64,000 nt of DNA from Macrostomum lignano. Lineage: Eukaryota. Positions within the stretch are counted from its first letter, which is position 1. The number at the start of each line of letters is the position of its first letter. The translations under genes were made by a program, and so were the position numbers. This document shows, in pieces, positions 1-20,700 of the stretch. The notes under the pieces are model-generated. The model did no database searches. It worked only from the letters and a program-made list of their open reading frames with translations, and was not told where the DNA came from. The stretch is from contig NIVC01003178.1 in NCBI GenBank assembly GCA_002269645.1, positions 49,890 to 113,889 on the forward strand, in the 5' to 3' direction.

Positions 1-175
1 TTATGACTATGGTCATGCCTGTTTTTATGACGATGTTCATGCCTGTTTTTATGACTATGGTCATGCCTGTTTTTATGACTGTGGTCATGCCTGTTTTTAT
101 GACTATGGTCATGCCTGTTTTTATGACTATGGTCATGCCTGTTTTTATGACTATGGTCATGCCTGTTTTTATGAC
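1..175. repeat. 24-bp minisatellite
   Basis: (TTTTTATGACTATGGTCATGCCTG)n. Confidence 0.9.
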
Positions 176-270
176 GGTTTCACAACCGTTTAAATGACTC
201 TGATCATAACCTATACAATGACCACAAAGATGACCGCTTAGAAAGCTGTCCAACAAAACCCTGTGGCCAG

Positions 271-6157
<5,887 letters not shown>

Positions 6158-6224
6158 CTGTCGGGCAGAGGCCGACCCCGGATGCGCTTCTCTAGCAACC
6201 ATGGCTGGTTTCCATGGAGATGCG

Positions 6225-6810
6225 CAATTGATAGAGCTGATCTATTGATCTCTATGATCGATTGATAGAGCTGATCCATTGATCTATGATTGATGATAGA
6301 GCTGATCGATTGATTTATGATTAATTGATAGAGCTGATCGATTGATTTATGATTAATTGATAGAGCTGATCGATTGATTTATGATTAATTGATAGAGCTG
6401 ATCGATTGATTTATGATTAATTGATAGAGCTGATCGATTGATTTATGATTAATTGTTAGAGCTGATCGATTGATTTATGATTAATTGATAGAGCTGATCG
6501 ATTGATCACTATGATTGATTGATAGAGCTGATCCATTGATATATGATTGATTGATAGAGCTGATCCATTGATCTATGATTGATTGATAGAGCTGATCCAT
6601 TGATCTATGATTGATTGATAGAGCTGATCCATTGATCACTATGATTTATTGATAGAGCTGATCCATTGATATATGATTGATTGATAGAGCTGATCCATTG
6701 ATCTATGATTGATGACAGAGCTGATCCATTGATTTATGATTAATTGATAGAGCTGATTGAGTGATCTATGATTTATTGATAGAGCTGATCCATTGATCTA
6801 TGATTGATTG
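6225..6810. repeat. ~31-bp minisatellite
   Basis: GATAGAGCTGATCGATTGATTTATGATTAATT-type units. Confidence 0.9.
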
Positions 6811-7869
6811 ATATTGATCAATTATTCTGTGATTGGTAGGTAAGAGCTGATCAATTGATTAAATTTGCGTTAATGGTGCATGACACAATGAATAATTCAT
6901 CAAGCAATTCCCTGTTGTTACTATTTCCCAAAACGCCGTATTTACGCCTCTCGTACACGCGACACGTCCGCAAGGCAAAGTCGTAATCTACATTCGTAAT
7001 CCCAAGAAAACAGCCGTTTTTCTTGTTGTCAAAGTTCTGCAGCATCGCGTTCCGCGCCCAGGAAGGAGCCCGCATTTCGATCTGTGCGCAATAGCACTAG
7101 AAATGCATATTTACTTTGCTAGTGAACGCCTGGCACTTGCAGCTGCGGAACACCTCGAGAAAAATTTACAATGCAATCATTTAAATTCGTGCGTTTTTAA
7201 CTACACACTCTACTTAAAGTAGAAGAAATCTACGTTGAAACAAAATAAAAAAGTATAAGCTACTCGGCCGAAATGTTTTATAACTAACAATTGCACCTAT
7301 ATTTGCATAGAAATGGGTTAGCAGGCTTGCGTGCATTTATTATCAATTACTATAAGTAGTTCTTGCGAGAATAACGGTTACAACAGCTAGACGATTTCTA
7401 AAGTAAGAAAATTAGGAGAACAATTAATTTACAGCGACTGGGCTACTTCGACATGCTTGCCTGGTTGACGGGGCAGATATTTGTACAGCTATTGGCATAT
7501 TGGTTCATAACAATAGGAATGCTGGATTGGATACTGTTAATTCCACTTTGAGCAGGAGCACTGTACGAGTATGAGATTGGTGCCGCTGGAGAGCAGATAG
7601 ACAAGCTAGTCTGTCTGTTTTAGTGTTTTTCTTTAGTGTCGGTCCGTCTGTCTGTCTTTGTGTCTCTCTGTCTGTCTGTCTGTCTATCTGTCTTATTGTT
7701 TGTCTTTAGTCTCTGTCCGTCTGTCTGTCCATGTGTCTGTCTGTCTGTCTGTCTTATTGTTTGTCTTTAGTCTCTGTCCGTCTGTCTGTCCGTCTGTCTG
7801 TCTGTCTGCCTGCCTGCCTGTCCATCTGTCTCCAACAAGCCAGCTAGCCACCCAGCCAGCAGGCGGTCA

Positions 7870-10800
7870 TCAGTGGTGCTGCTGCAAGGAGGCGGCAGCG
7901 GCGGAGCCCCTGGCCTTGGCGTGCAGCGCCTGCACGGCGGAGAAGAGCTCGCCGCCCAGGGAGCCGTAGTCGCGCAGGTATTCATCGAGGGAGTCCCGCG
8001 GGCCTCGCAGACTGCGCAGCAAAGGAGGCAGCTGGTCAAGCAGCTTCCGGCGGATGTGGCTGGCACTGACGCTGTCCAGACGGCCGTGGGCGGCGTCCAG
8101 TCGCTGGCTGAGGCGGGGCACGGCCGGCAGCAGAAGGTTGGCGGCGGCGTCCTGGCCGAGCTCCAGCGTGCAGACAATGCAGCCGTACAGAGAGGCCAGA
8201 TGAGGTCTGGAGCCGAGAAAATTTACAAAGACTTAGATAGAACCAAGACCTCAAACGTATGCGGATTAAATCAGAAATGGAAGACTTTAAATATCCAAAT
8301 ATTGAAATAAGTTTTACTTAAAAACTAAATCGATCAATGAGTCACGCTGAACCAAGACCCATACTGAACGAAGACTCAAACTGAGCGAAAACGCATGCTG
8401 AACCAAGACCCATACTAAACCAAGACTCATACTGAACCAAGACCCATAGTGAACGAAGACTTACACTGAACCAAGACCTGCACTGAACCGCCAAGACTCA
8501 TACTGAACCAAGACCCACACTGAACGAAGACCCACACTGAACGAAGACCCACACTGAACCAAGACCCACACTGAACCAAGACCCACACTGAACCAAGACC
8601 CACACTGAACGAAGACCCACACTGAACCAAGACCCACACTGAACCAAGACCCACACTGAACCAAGACCCACACTGAACCAAGACCCACACTGAACCAAGA
8701 CCCACACTGAACCAAGACCCACACTGAACCAAGACCCACACTGAACCAAGACCTACACTGAACCAAGACCCACACTGAACCAAGACCCACACTGAACCAA
8801 GACCCACACTGAACCAAGACCTACACTGAACCAAGACCCACACTGAACCAAGACTCATACTGAACCAAGACCCACACTGAACCAAGACTCATACTGAACC
8901 AAGACCCACACTGAACCAAGACCTACACTGAACCAAGACCCACACTGAACCAAGACTCATACTGAACCAAGACTCATACTGAACCAAGACCCACACTGAA
9001 CCGAGACCCACACTGAACCGAGACCTACACTGAACCAAGACTCATACTGAACCAAGACCCACACTGAACCAAGACTCATACTGAACCAAGACCCACACTG
9101 AACCAAGACCTACACTGAACCAAGACCCACACTGAACCAAGACTCATACTGAACCAAGACTCATACTGAACCAAGACCCACACTGAACCGAGACCCACAC
9201 TGAACCGAGACCTACACTGAACCAAGACCCACACTGAACCAAGACTCATACTGAACCAAGACTATAGTATAGTTAAAAGACCGGGAAAAAGTCAAGACCT
9301 ACGAATACCAAAGACAATAAACAAAGACACAAGATAGCCAGCTCACCTGGGCCGGGCCATATAATCCACCAGCAAGCGACAGACCCTGGCATAGAGCTGG
9401 TTGCTAGGCGAGGCGAATTTCGAGCACACGGCGCCCAGCTGCTTAGCCGAGAAGTCCCTCAGCGCCCAGTGATTGTCGGTCTCAGGCCGCTGGCACAGCT
9501 GCTTGCCCAGCACGCAGGTGAGGATGCTGGGCAGGATGAGGTGCAGGTAGCGCTCCAACTGCAGGTGAGGATTCTGCAGCAGGAACTGCAAGATGCGCAT
9601 GAGGTAGATGAGCAGGGCCAGGTTGTTAGTGAGCGAGTTCACCCGGACACCTTCGGCCACGAATACGATGAGACGAGGCAGGATCTGCTGCAGGCCGCTG
9701 TCCGTGGCCAGACTCTGCAGGGCTTCGGTCCGCCGGTCCTCCTGCGCATTGGGGTGGGGGTGGGCCAGGTTTAGCCATAGACAGGCGAGTAAAAAGCCAG
9801 CGCAATTGCTCTCTGGCAGCTCTCTGATTGGCTGCGGGAGCCATCATTATCCCACCCCTGCCCCAGCTGATCTCCCCACCCCTGCCCCAGCTGATCTCCC
9901 CACCCCTGCCCCAGCTGATCTCCCCACCCCTGCCCCAGCTGATCTCCCCACCCCTGCCCCAGCTGATCTCCCCACCCCTGCCCCAGCTGATCTCCCCACC
10001 CCTGCCCCAGCTGATTTCCCCACCCCTGCCCCAGCTGATCTCCCCACCCCTGCCCCACCTAATTTCCCCACCCCTGCCCCAGCTGATCTCCCCACCCCTA
10101 CCCCAGCTGATCTCCCCACCCCTGCCCCACCTAATTTCCCCACCACTGCCCCAGCTAATTTCCCCACCCCTGCCCCAGCTGATCTCCCCACCCCTGCCCC
10201 AGCTGATCTCCCCACCCCTGCCCCAGCTAATTTCCCCACCCCTGCCCCAGCTGATCTCCCCACCCCTGCCCCAGCTGATCTCCCCACCCCTGCCCCAGCT
10301 GATCTCCCCACCCCTACCCCAGCTGATCTCCCCACCCTGCCCCACCTAATTTCCCCACCACTGCCCCAGCTAATTTCCCCACCCCTGCCCCAGCTGATCT
10401 CCCCACCCCTGCCCCAGCTGATCTCCCCACCCCTGCCCCAGCTAATTTCCCCACCCCTGCCCCAGCTGATCTCCCCACCCCTGCCCCAGCTGATGATACC
10501 AACAGGCACTGAGGGCCTCACCTGGCTGCCAACGCAGGCCTCGGAGATCTCCCTGAAGAACATCTGCTGCTCGCGGCTCAACTCGTGGCAGACAACATCG
10601 CGCAGCCGGGCCACCTCCGGCTCCCTGGGCGCGGCGGCTGCCGATCTGGCTGACTGCCGGCCGCCCAGGACCGTCAGCTCCCACAGCGAGCGGGGCCGCA
10701 TCGGCCCAGCGGCTGCGGAAGTCGACAAGGAGGCCAGCGCCGCCGACCCGACGCCTGGCTCGACTAACGACGCGGATGAAGCCGCGGCGCCGGCGGCAGC

Positions 10801-12373
10801 GGCAGCGCCGGGAGCAGCCGGTGCAGCTGCCGCAGCGGAGGAGGTCGCAGGCCTTGGCGGCGGATTCTCAGCGATGGCGGGTTGGCAGCCGTCGATGCAG
10901 AGCCAGTGCGCTTTGAGGCAGGCACCGACTGGCAGGCGGGGCAGCGGCTGCGAGGCCAGCTCGGTGAGGTCCACCTCCTCCGACTCCTGGAAGAAGAGCC
11001 GCTTGCCGCCGGGAGCCTGCATCCGGGAGGACGGGTGATACAGGGTGGGTGAGAGCGACCGCTAGCAGAATAGGATTTGCTTTCGGAATGCAAAATACAG
11101 GATTGCGCAAGACTGGTACAGGATGGTGCACTGCTGGTACAGGATGGTGGGAAACTGGTACAGGATGGTGGGAGGCTGGTACAGGATGGTGGGAGGCTGG
11201 TACAGGATGGTGGGAGAATGGTACAGGATGGTGGGAGGCTGGTACAGGATGGTGGGAGGCTGGTACAGGATGGTGGGAGGCTGGTACAGGATGGTGGGAG
11301 GCTGGTACAGGATGGTGGGAGGCTGGTACAGGATGGTGCATTGTTGGTAAATGATGGTGGGAGGCTTGTACAGGATGGTGCATTGTTGGTACAGGATAGC
11401 AGATGGCTGGTACAGGATTGTGGGAGACTGGTACAGGATAGTGCGAGACTGGTACAGGATGGTGGGAGACTGGTACAGGATTGTGGGAGACTGGCACAGG
11501 ATAGTGGGAGACTGAACAGGATTGTGGGAAACTGGTACAGGATGGTGGGAGACTGGTACAGGATAGCGTGAGACTGGTACAGGATAGTGGGGGACTGGTA
11601 CAGGATAGTGGGAGACTGGTACAGGATGGTGGGAGACTGGTACAGGATTGTGGGAGACTGGCACAGGATAGTGGGAGACTGAACAGGATAGCGTGAGACT
11701 GGTACAGGATGGTGGGAGACTGGTACAGGATAGCGTGAGACTGGTACAGGATGGTGGGAGACTGGTACAGGATAGCGTGAGACTGGTACAGGATGGTGGG
11801 AGACTGGTACAGGATAGCGTGAGACTGGTACAGGATGGTGGGAGACTGGTACAGGATAGCGTGAGACTGGTACAGGATAGTGGGGGACTGGTACAGGATG
11901 GTGAATTTCTAGTACAGGACAACAAGTGAGGTGTTGTATAGAAGAATCCGCTCAGTATGCAATAGCAATCAGTCATGATTATGATAATCAGACAGTACGA
12001 ATACGAGGCATGAGAGCCCATCACAGCGGTCTGCAAAAATGCCGGATCTCCAACCAGCAGCCCTGGCAGGTCTCACCTGGACGCTCTGCATAGGCAGGGT
12101 GGCGGCGTACTCGTAGGCGTAGGGCGGCTCAATACGCCGCTGCCGCAGCACGGCCGCCAGATCGGCCGACCGGAGCCGGCGCCGCTTGCCATGCCTGGCG
12201 AATTTCAGGCCCTGCTGGATGAGGGTGCGCAGGCGGAAGTCCGCCTGATCTGCCAGCAGCTGGCAGGCCTCCTCGGATAGGCTGGCGATGCCGCACATCT
12301 CGGCCAGGCAGCGCATGGACTGGGCGGCTACGCAGCTGCGCCCGCTCTGCTGCTGCTCAGTGCTGCTGGCCAT
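7870..12373 (-). CDS. TAF6: TFIID subunit 6; exons 12373-12077, 11016-10522, 9741-9347, 8206-7870 (507 aa)
   Basis: Histone fold (AEMCGIASLSEEACQLLA..FARHGKRRRL), HWLCIDGCQPAIAENPPP, HELSREQQ, EALQSLATDSGLQQILPR, DNHWALRDFS, YGSLG. GT-AG junctions join in frame (1524 nt). Confidence 0.95.
8350..9260. repeat. 18-bp minisatellite in a TAF6 intron
   Basis: (ACTGAACCAAGACCCAC A)n. Confidence 0.95.
9850..10495. repeat. 24-bp minisatellite in a TAF6 intron
   Basis: (CCCACCCCTGCCCCAGCTGATCTC)n. Confidence 0.95.
11110..11900. repeat. 21-bp minisatellite in a TAF6 intron
   Basis: (GGAGACTGGTACAGGATGGTG)n. Confidence 0.93.
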
Positions 12374-12569
12374 TTTGCTTGTTCTTCTTCCACTAGTAGA
12401 TTGTTAGTTGGTGCAGTTTGACAGCGGAGATTCGCCAGTGAGCTGCGAAGACAATTGGCGGACTAATTAATGGATATCCGTATCAGAGACGCTGTACACC
12501 CTGAGTGAGCTTTTGCTTGCGTGACTGTCTACCTTCGGCCAAGATATGCCCCGGAGTCATACATGCGCA

Positions 12570-12840
12570 ACTGCTGGCCGATCTGGTCACCGTAAATTGT
12601 GGTGGACCAGGGGTAAGTCGCAAAAATGCCAACCCAAAGAATAGACGTAGTACTAATTAGATGCCGAGGCATTTGCGCCTGATAATACAGTTATAGTTAC
12701 TCCTGCCGTTTACCCAAAGTTTAATTTTGCTCTAGGGTTTCTTTCACAGGTAAGTCGTATTTTTGGTCAAAAAGTAAGTCGCGTGGCCAGTGTAAATCAG
12801 GGGGGTTGCGCATGTATGCCCTGGAGTCGTTGCAAGTAAC
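12570..12840. repeat. Dispersed repeat; diverged copies at ~49969-50137 (+) and ~52035-52250 (-)
   Basis: Shared TACTAATTAGATG..GAGGCATTT, GGTAAGTC..ATTTTTGGTCAAAAAGTA, TGGCCAGTGTAAATCA.GGGGTTGC. Confidence 0.8.
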
Positions 12841-13414
12841 ACAAGTGCAAATGGCAAAGAAGTGACTCCTAGACGACTCTAGAACAACGAAAGGTGTTCT
12901 ATTTCCTGCGACTCCGGGGCCGTACAGTCATGTTTGAGGCGTGCTGGAGTCGCTGTAGAATCAGAATGACTAGCGATTCTTGTCACGGTAACGTTTTTAA
13001 ACGGGCTTGACAGTGCTACTTGTAGTAGATAGCAAAGCAATAAAATCAAGGTCGACTGCCGCCTTGACTTGTGGCAGCGCCTGAAACCCCCTGTCACCAT
13101 AACTTAGTAATAACTAATCCTAAAGCCTGAACAAATATGGCAAAAAAGTAAGAAAAGGCCACTTTTAGGATGCTTTCGAATGTGCTTATCTGACGTATAT
13201 GATACAATTGTTCAACATTTACAAGTTTGGCACAAAAATACAAAATTGTTCTCAAGTCTAGACGCAATTGTCTGTCACGAGAAGAGCCCGGCGCGCTATA
13301 TTAACCAATCGGCCTAGGCTGGCTGCTCAGCTGAAATTAAAAGGGGGAGACGGAATTTAAAAAAATATCAAATTCAGATCAGTGCAAATACACAACTGGA
13401 GATGCGGCAGTAAA

Positions 13415-13775
13415 AGATCCCAATCTCAAGATCCCACGGGTGGATTTGATGGCAGTCAAAGATCCCAATCTCAAGATCCCAATCTCAAGATCCCATGAGT
13501 GGATTTGATGGCAGTCAAAGATCCCAATCTCAAGATCCCAATCTCAAGATCCCAATCTCAAGATCCCAATCTCAAGATCCCAATCTCAAGATCCCATGAG
13601 TGGATTTGATGGTAGTCAATGATCCCAATCTCAAGATCCCATGAGTGGATTTGATGGCAGTCAAAGATCCCAATCTCAAGATCCCATGAGTGGATTTGAT
13701 GGCAGTAAAAGATCCCAATCTCAAGATCCCAATCTCAAGATCCCAAGGGTGGATTTGATGGCAGTTAAAGATCCC
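13415..13775. repeat. Compound GATCCCAATCTCAA minisatellite
   Basis: 14-bp units alternating with GATCCCATGAGTGGATTTGATGGCAGTCAAA. Confidence 0.88.
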
Positions 13776-13819
13776 AAACACTGGCAAAGTTTTCTCCCAG
13801 CTACTCACAGCCAAGCTTC

Positions 13820-14960
13820 TCAATTAAGGCGCCTAGTCTCTGGCTCGAGAAATGCCAGCAGGTGAGCATAGGGGGTGCACCGCTTAGCAACGGTGAGAGC
13901 AGTCTCGCCGGACGAATTCACAGCGCTTGGGTCCAGCCGAGGGTGCAGCAGCAGCAGCTGGGCGGTGGCGGGGTCGCGGTTCTCGCCTAAGCACAGATGC
14001 AGGGGAGTCTGGCCGCTCTCCGTTGCAGCGTTCGGGTCGGCGCCAGCCCGCAGTAGCAGCGCCACCACCGCAGTCTGGTTCCAGAATGCCGCGCTGTGCA
14101 GCGCCGTCCAGCCCTGGCCGCTGCCGGCTGACACGTCGGCGCCGCACATCAGCAGGTGCTGGCAGTGAGGCGATTCAAGGCGATTGGCTTGGATTGGGGC
14201 GATGCTGGGGATGCTGGTGGGGGTGCTTGGGATGCTGTTGGGGCTGGGGATACTTTCAAGCGACTTTTTGGGCTGATTCTAAGTGGCATAATGGGCAGAT
14301 GTGCAACCGACAGCTCAGCCGCAGCTATTGCGCGGCGCAACTGAAGGCTGCGTCCGGCTGCTGTTCAGTCCAAGGACTGGGGGGGGGGGCTAATGCTGGC
14401 ACCCATTTTACAGCTGGGTGAACTGAAGCAATGCAGATTTACGTGTCCTTCTCAAGGACACAAATTGGGAATCGAACCTCCGACCTTTTAGTCGCGAGTC
14501 CGACGCTCTAACCACTAGACCTACAATCCCTTGGCCTTTAGATAAGGGGAAGATAATGGACGATGGAAGAGAGTCATGTGAAGTTAGAAAATTTGGCACA
14601 TTCTCACCCGGCAGATGCCAACGTGGCCATTGTAGGCAGCCCGGTGCAGCGCCCTGTAGCCGTCACTGTCAGCGGCGGCCAGCAGAGGCGACGGAGGCTC
14701 AGCAGTCGGCGGATCCGGCAGAGGCACCAGCCGGGTTACCTCGTCCAGCCGGCCGTTCTCAGCAGCCGTGATGAGCTGCTTGGCCGGGTCGGCCTCAATC
14801 TCGGCCTCGGTCCACTCCTCCACGCCCTCGGCGTCGTCCTCCAGCGGCTGACGAACATGCCAGGCGAGGCTGCCTTTGCCGCGGCCACCGCGGCGGCCAG
14901 CTCGCGGTCCGCGTCCTCGCCGCTGTCCTGCGAGGTTCGTTGATGTCCGTGGCTAGCGGC
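13820..14960 (-). CDS. ANKRD49: Ankyrin repeat protein, ANKRD49-like; exons ~14960-14608 and 14158-13820; 1-nt frameshift near 14841; start not located
   Basis: PGMFVS.W/EDD N-terminal motif, DSDGYRALHRAAYNGH, GWTALHSAAFWN, GQTPLHL ankyrin repeats; canonical splice sites at 14607 and 14159. Confidence 0.75.
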
Positions 14961-14989
14961 CAACTTCCCATTAAGTTGGAAAGGTATGG

Positions 14990-15690
14990 GATAGCCCAGC
15001 AACTGGGGATCTGGGAGCATGGGATAGCCCAGCAACTGGGGATCTGGGAGCATGGATAGCCCAGCAACTGGGGATCTGGGAGCATGGGATAGCCCAGCAA
15101 CTGGGGATCTGGGAGCATGGGATAGCCCAGCAACTGGGGATCTGGGAGCATAGGATAACCCAGCAACTGGGGATCTGGGAGCATAGGATAACCCAGCAAC
15201 TGGGGATCTGGGAGCATAGGATAGCCCAGCAACTGGGATCTGGGAGCATGGGATAGCCCAGCAACTGGGGATCTGGGAGCATGGGATAGCCCAGCAACTG
15301 GGGATCTGGGAGCATAGGATAACCCAGCAACTGGGGATCTGGGAGCATGGGATAGCCCAGCAACTGGGGATCTGGGAGCATGGGATAGCCCAGCAACTGG
15401 GGATCTGGGAGCATGGGATAGCCCAGCAACTGGGGATCTGGGAGCATGGGATAGCCCAGCAACTGGGGATCTGGGAGCATAGGATAACCCAGCAACTGGG
15501 GATCTGGGAGCATAGGATAGCCCAGCAACTGGGGATCTGGGAGCATAGGATAGCCCAGCAACTGGGGATCTGGGAGGCTGTCCCAGCAACTGAAAATCTG
15601 GGAGGCTGTCCCAGCAACTGAAAATCTGGGAGGCTGTCCCAGCAACTGAGAATCTGGGAGGTTGGCCCAGCAACTTGGAATGTGGGGGGC
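14990..15690. repeat. 33-bp minisatellite
   Basis: (GGGATAGCCCAGCAACTGGGGATCTGGGAGCAT)n. Confidence 0.93.
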
Positions 15691-16089
15691 TGGCCTAGCA
15701 ACAAAGTATTTGGGAGGGTGGCGGTAACTTGGCAAGAGAGGATCTGGGGACAAAACCCAAAGCTATGAAATAAATAAACACACGAAGATAGTCGGTTAGT
15801 AACGCCGAAACAACTGACTCACATGGGGCAGCGAGCCGGGTACGCAATTCACTGATTGTTATTTAATTAAAAGCTACGGATTCGAGGCTACAGTGCATCT
15901 TCAAGCACTCAACTACTTGGAGAGAAGGGCCAGTCGCAGACCTAAGTGCTCAAAATGTGAAAGAAAATCGATTTCAAAGAGTTTATACAGACCGACCCTA
16001 TTTATGTTCTTATACCAACTGCGGCAGACTCAGTTTAAATTACAATAAGCTTCACTAAGAGTGCACAGTAACAGCAAAGCGGTGGCTGC

Positions 16090-16935
<846 letters not shown>

Positions 16936-17042
16936 CTAAAATGCAGTAAAAGGAATGTTGTTACAGCTCTTATATTTCATAGTTTTCTTATAATAATTAA
17001 CCATAATTACTGATACTTATAATTTGGTAATCTGTAGCTAAA

Positions 17043-17715
17043 TACGAGGGGTGCCCTTTTCACATGACTTTTTTAACAGTCAGCAAGAGTAACAGCACTG
17101 CATCTCAATACATAAACAGGAACTTGGATGCTGCATATGGAGCACCAGGAAACAGTGTCTTTCAAAAAAGTTCAAATTTCTTTCTCAGTGGCAACTGAGA
17201 CCTTCTCAATATATTCATCCTTCAGTTGGATGCATTTCTTCCACCAGGTAAGCATGTCATCAATGGCATCTGTGTATGCCTGCTTTGGCATTTTGTGGAC
17301 AAGAACCTGTTGCACTTCATGGTCAAGGCAGTCAGTCCTGGATATTGTTTCAGGCCCATGAATTATGCCATTCAATGCTATACACCAGAGGGTGTAGGCC
17401 AAGCAATGCTGTGCTGTCTTTGAATGGACATCCATGGATCCACAGATTGGGAAAAAATTCTAGCCAACACTTGGCAACATCTTTGACTGCCATCAAAATT
17501 GTAGTTCAATTCTAGTTCTTGTTCATGTAGTGAGATGCAGTACCTCACTGCAATTAAGAAGGCATAAATTTTAAAAAGTTCATGATATTTTCAAAATTAT
17601 TCCATTATGTTATTTTTAAATTAAGCCACAATGAAATAAATCAGTTGCTATAACTCTTGCTGACTGTTAAAAAGAGTCATGTGAAAAGTCCTAAGACTTT
17701 TGGGACACCCCTTAA
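17043..17715 (-). mobile_element. Internally deleted mariner-like element
   Basis: Left end TA-CGAGGGGTGCCC..TTTTCACATGACTTTTTTAACAGTCAGCAAGAGT has a near-perfect inverted copy at ~17653-17715. The interior encodes a mariner transposase C-terminal fragment (AYTDAIDDMLTWWKKCIQLKDEYIEK). Confidence 0.75.
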
Positions 17716-20700
17716 TAACTTCTTATAACCTTTAATTAATGGTAAACCCATTGTTAACAACTCTTATATCAATGATTAAATTAGTAATAAAGTAGATAAT
17801 GATAGCAATAGTTTAACCAATCATTAATTAATAGACATTCATCTTAACTTTAGCCCCCTAGCATCCCAATAACACAATATGCATATGGTATTGAAAATCT
17901 GTTAACTTGAGTCTCCAATCCCAAGGACTAAAGTTACCTTCACAGAAGCTTTGAAACTAGTAACATTCATTTATTTCTATTGCTTTATGCCTTTGGCCCT
18001 ACATATAAAGGGCCCTAATGATCTTTTAAGTCTTAGCTATTGAGTGGCCAATATAATAAAACATAAAACTAGATATGGGAAATATATATTCCTATAACTA
18101 TATCTATATTTATATAAGTTTTAAAAACTTAAATTGAAAAAAGTATCATATACAAAGTAACAAAGATTACAAAATAAGTGATACTTAGGGTCACATGCGT
18201 AAGGTTAAGCCTATGAGTTAGATTTTTTAGTTGTCATTGCCAAGAATTTTTTTTATTGATTATCAACTATAAAACACATCCTACTGGCACCACTCTTAAT
18301 TTTATTAAGCTATCATATATATGCTATATAGCAATTGAGCCAATATATCAAAAAACACTTTTCCTTCCTAGGAACCTGGATGGAATTCATGCAGAAAAAT
18401 CACAACGCGTTATGCGATTGCGAGAAAAAATGCGATTTTGCGTCAAAAAATCTGGAAAAAATGTATCGCAGAATTTCAGACAAAATTGCTAATTCTTAAT
18501 ATATGCAAAAGTGTGCTTGAGATATTGGATTTTGCAAAAGATAATCCTACTAGCTAAGATCACAAAGAAAAAAAGAATAAAAAGTAAAAACTAAATAAGG
18601 CACAAAAGTAAAAATTCGAAAAAATTCTATAAAAAGTAGAAACTCGTAACATTCTCTAACATATGTATTTGGACGAAAATTCAAATCACTACATTTTCTT
18701 AGAATGCATTTTTTGTTATTGTCTTTCATTATTTCGTTATTTTGCAACGTGCTAAGTACCAAAATAAAAAATGCGACCAATAAAAAATATTTTGCGCGCC
18801 ATAAAAAAATCGCATAATTCCGTTTGACTTAAGAAATACAAGAATTCCATCCTATCCTAGGAAAGACATTTTTTTCAGATTAAGATTGGTTTATAATAGT
18901 AGATTTTTAATATATAGATATGAAAATCCAACAAACTCTATAATTTATAGGCTACTATTTTGTAAGCTAGGATGTGCATGTATTTTACCACTTAATTTGT
19001 AAAACACAAGTTGTTTTTCATTATAACATTTAACATTTAACATTTTTATCTTATTTATTGTTCATGGATAGGGACTTCAGTGAGTTATAAGAAGTGCGTG
19101 CCAATGGCAAAAAAGTAAGAAAAAAGTCCAATTTTTCAAGGGCGATTTTAAAGAAACTATAGAAGCCAGGATGAAAGTAAAATATGCATTTAAAAGGTAA
19201 AAAGGAGCTCTTTCAAATGACACCAACTGCAAGTCTAGCTTTGTTATACTTTTTGCACTGTCTATTTTTAAAGTTGACCATTTTTTAGGAGGAATATAAA
19301 ATTGAAGCCAAAATGAATAAAAAAACAGTGGTTCAGAAAATGCTTTTTCTTAGCTGCAATGTGTTTCTTATAATGGAAACAAAGGTTTTATAGTGTAAAG
19401 GGATAATTTAAAAACATTTTTCTGGTGTTAAAAAAAATTTTTTTTTCTTTTAATGCCCATATGGCTCTATGCAAAATTTCAAATCCAAAATTTTCCATGA
19501 AATCCTTTTCCTGCATTGTTTCTCTTTATATTTTTCATTACCTATTGACAATACAAGCACAGTAAAAAAAACCGCTTGCCAATAGCTATAGGCGCAAAAA
19601 TTTTGTGGAGGTTTCTTTTTTTGATACGTTTACATGTAAAATACCCATTGAAACGTGTATTTCGTGTTTTTTGTGAGACTCTGCCTTCCGGCAAACTAGT
19701 TCTCTGTGTCATTTAACTAATTCTGCTATGCTGAACACGATAGGCAAAACCGTTTTTTAATAAACCCATGCGCAAAGCCTGTACAGCACATTACATTGCA
19801 GTTGGGGTGTCTGTCATGCATTAAAAATTTAGGGCAAGAAGTAGAATAGTATTATAGTAGGTAAAAACCTGAACAAAATGACACTAGCCTTGTATAAATT
19901 AAGCAAGCAGAACAGATGCTATTGTATTTTTAAAATTGCAATCATTGCGTATCTGGTTAAAATAGTCAAAATTTCATACACCCATCCTGTTTCAATTAGC
20001 TTAGCAACTTGGGCATATAAAATAATATTAAAATATATAATTCATACAATTAACACTAAAAAACTGAACAAAATGACACCAAGCACAGTCATTTTGGTTG
20101 GCTAGAAAATTAATTACAAGTGTTCAAAGACAAAAAGCCAACTTTTTGGCCAAAAATGATCACAAACCGTAATGTAAAAATTCCATTGGCTAAAGGCACA
20201 AATCGGGGTTACTAAAATAGCTGTAGTTTCCTTATTACTCAACCAAATCACTAAAGTTTGGCCATTTTGGAAATGGGAAAGTAAGATCTATCTAGTGAAA
20301 TAGCAGCCTATAACAATTTCTGAAATTTAATTTTCTCACTGAAGTGCCTATCATGGATAGGGTCATTGATTGATTTTATTGTTTTATATTTATCTTTTTT
20401 GCCAAAGTATAAAGACACATTATTTTTGAAAATTGGCCAAAGTCTAGGACGACGGATGTAGATACTGGCTATCTACATCCAACATTGTAGATTGTCTTTT
20501 GATACAACAAATCTACAATAGCTTACCATTCCATAAGACTTGAGGTGCATGCTGCTTATTGGGCTGGTCATTTGTGAGGAAAAAAACATGGAGGAAGTGT
20601 GCATAGGCTTCAGCTTTTGCTGCATTAATACTTGTGATGTTCGATAGAAATGGGATGAAAACCTTGGTGTGCGAATTAGGAAATTCATTATTCAGTTAGC

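Noticed and set aside
9608-12036. Pro-rich and Gly-rich repeat ORFs overlapping TAF6
   Set aside because: They come from intronic minisatellites; the spliced TAF6 model explains the non-repetitive parts.
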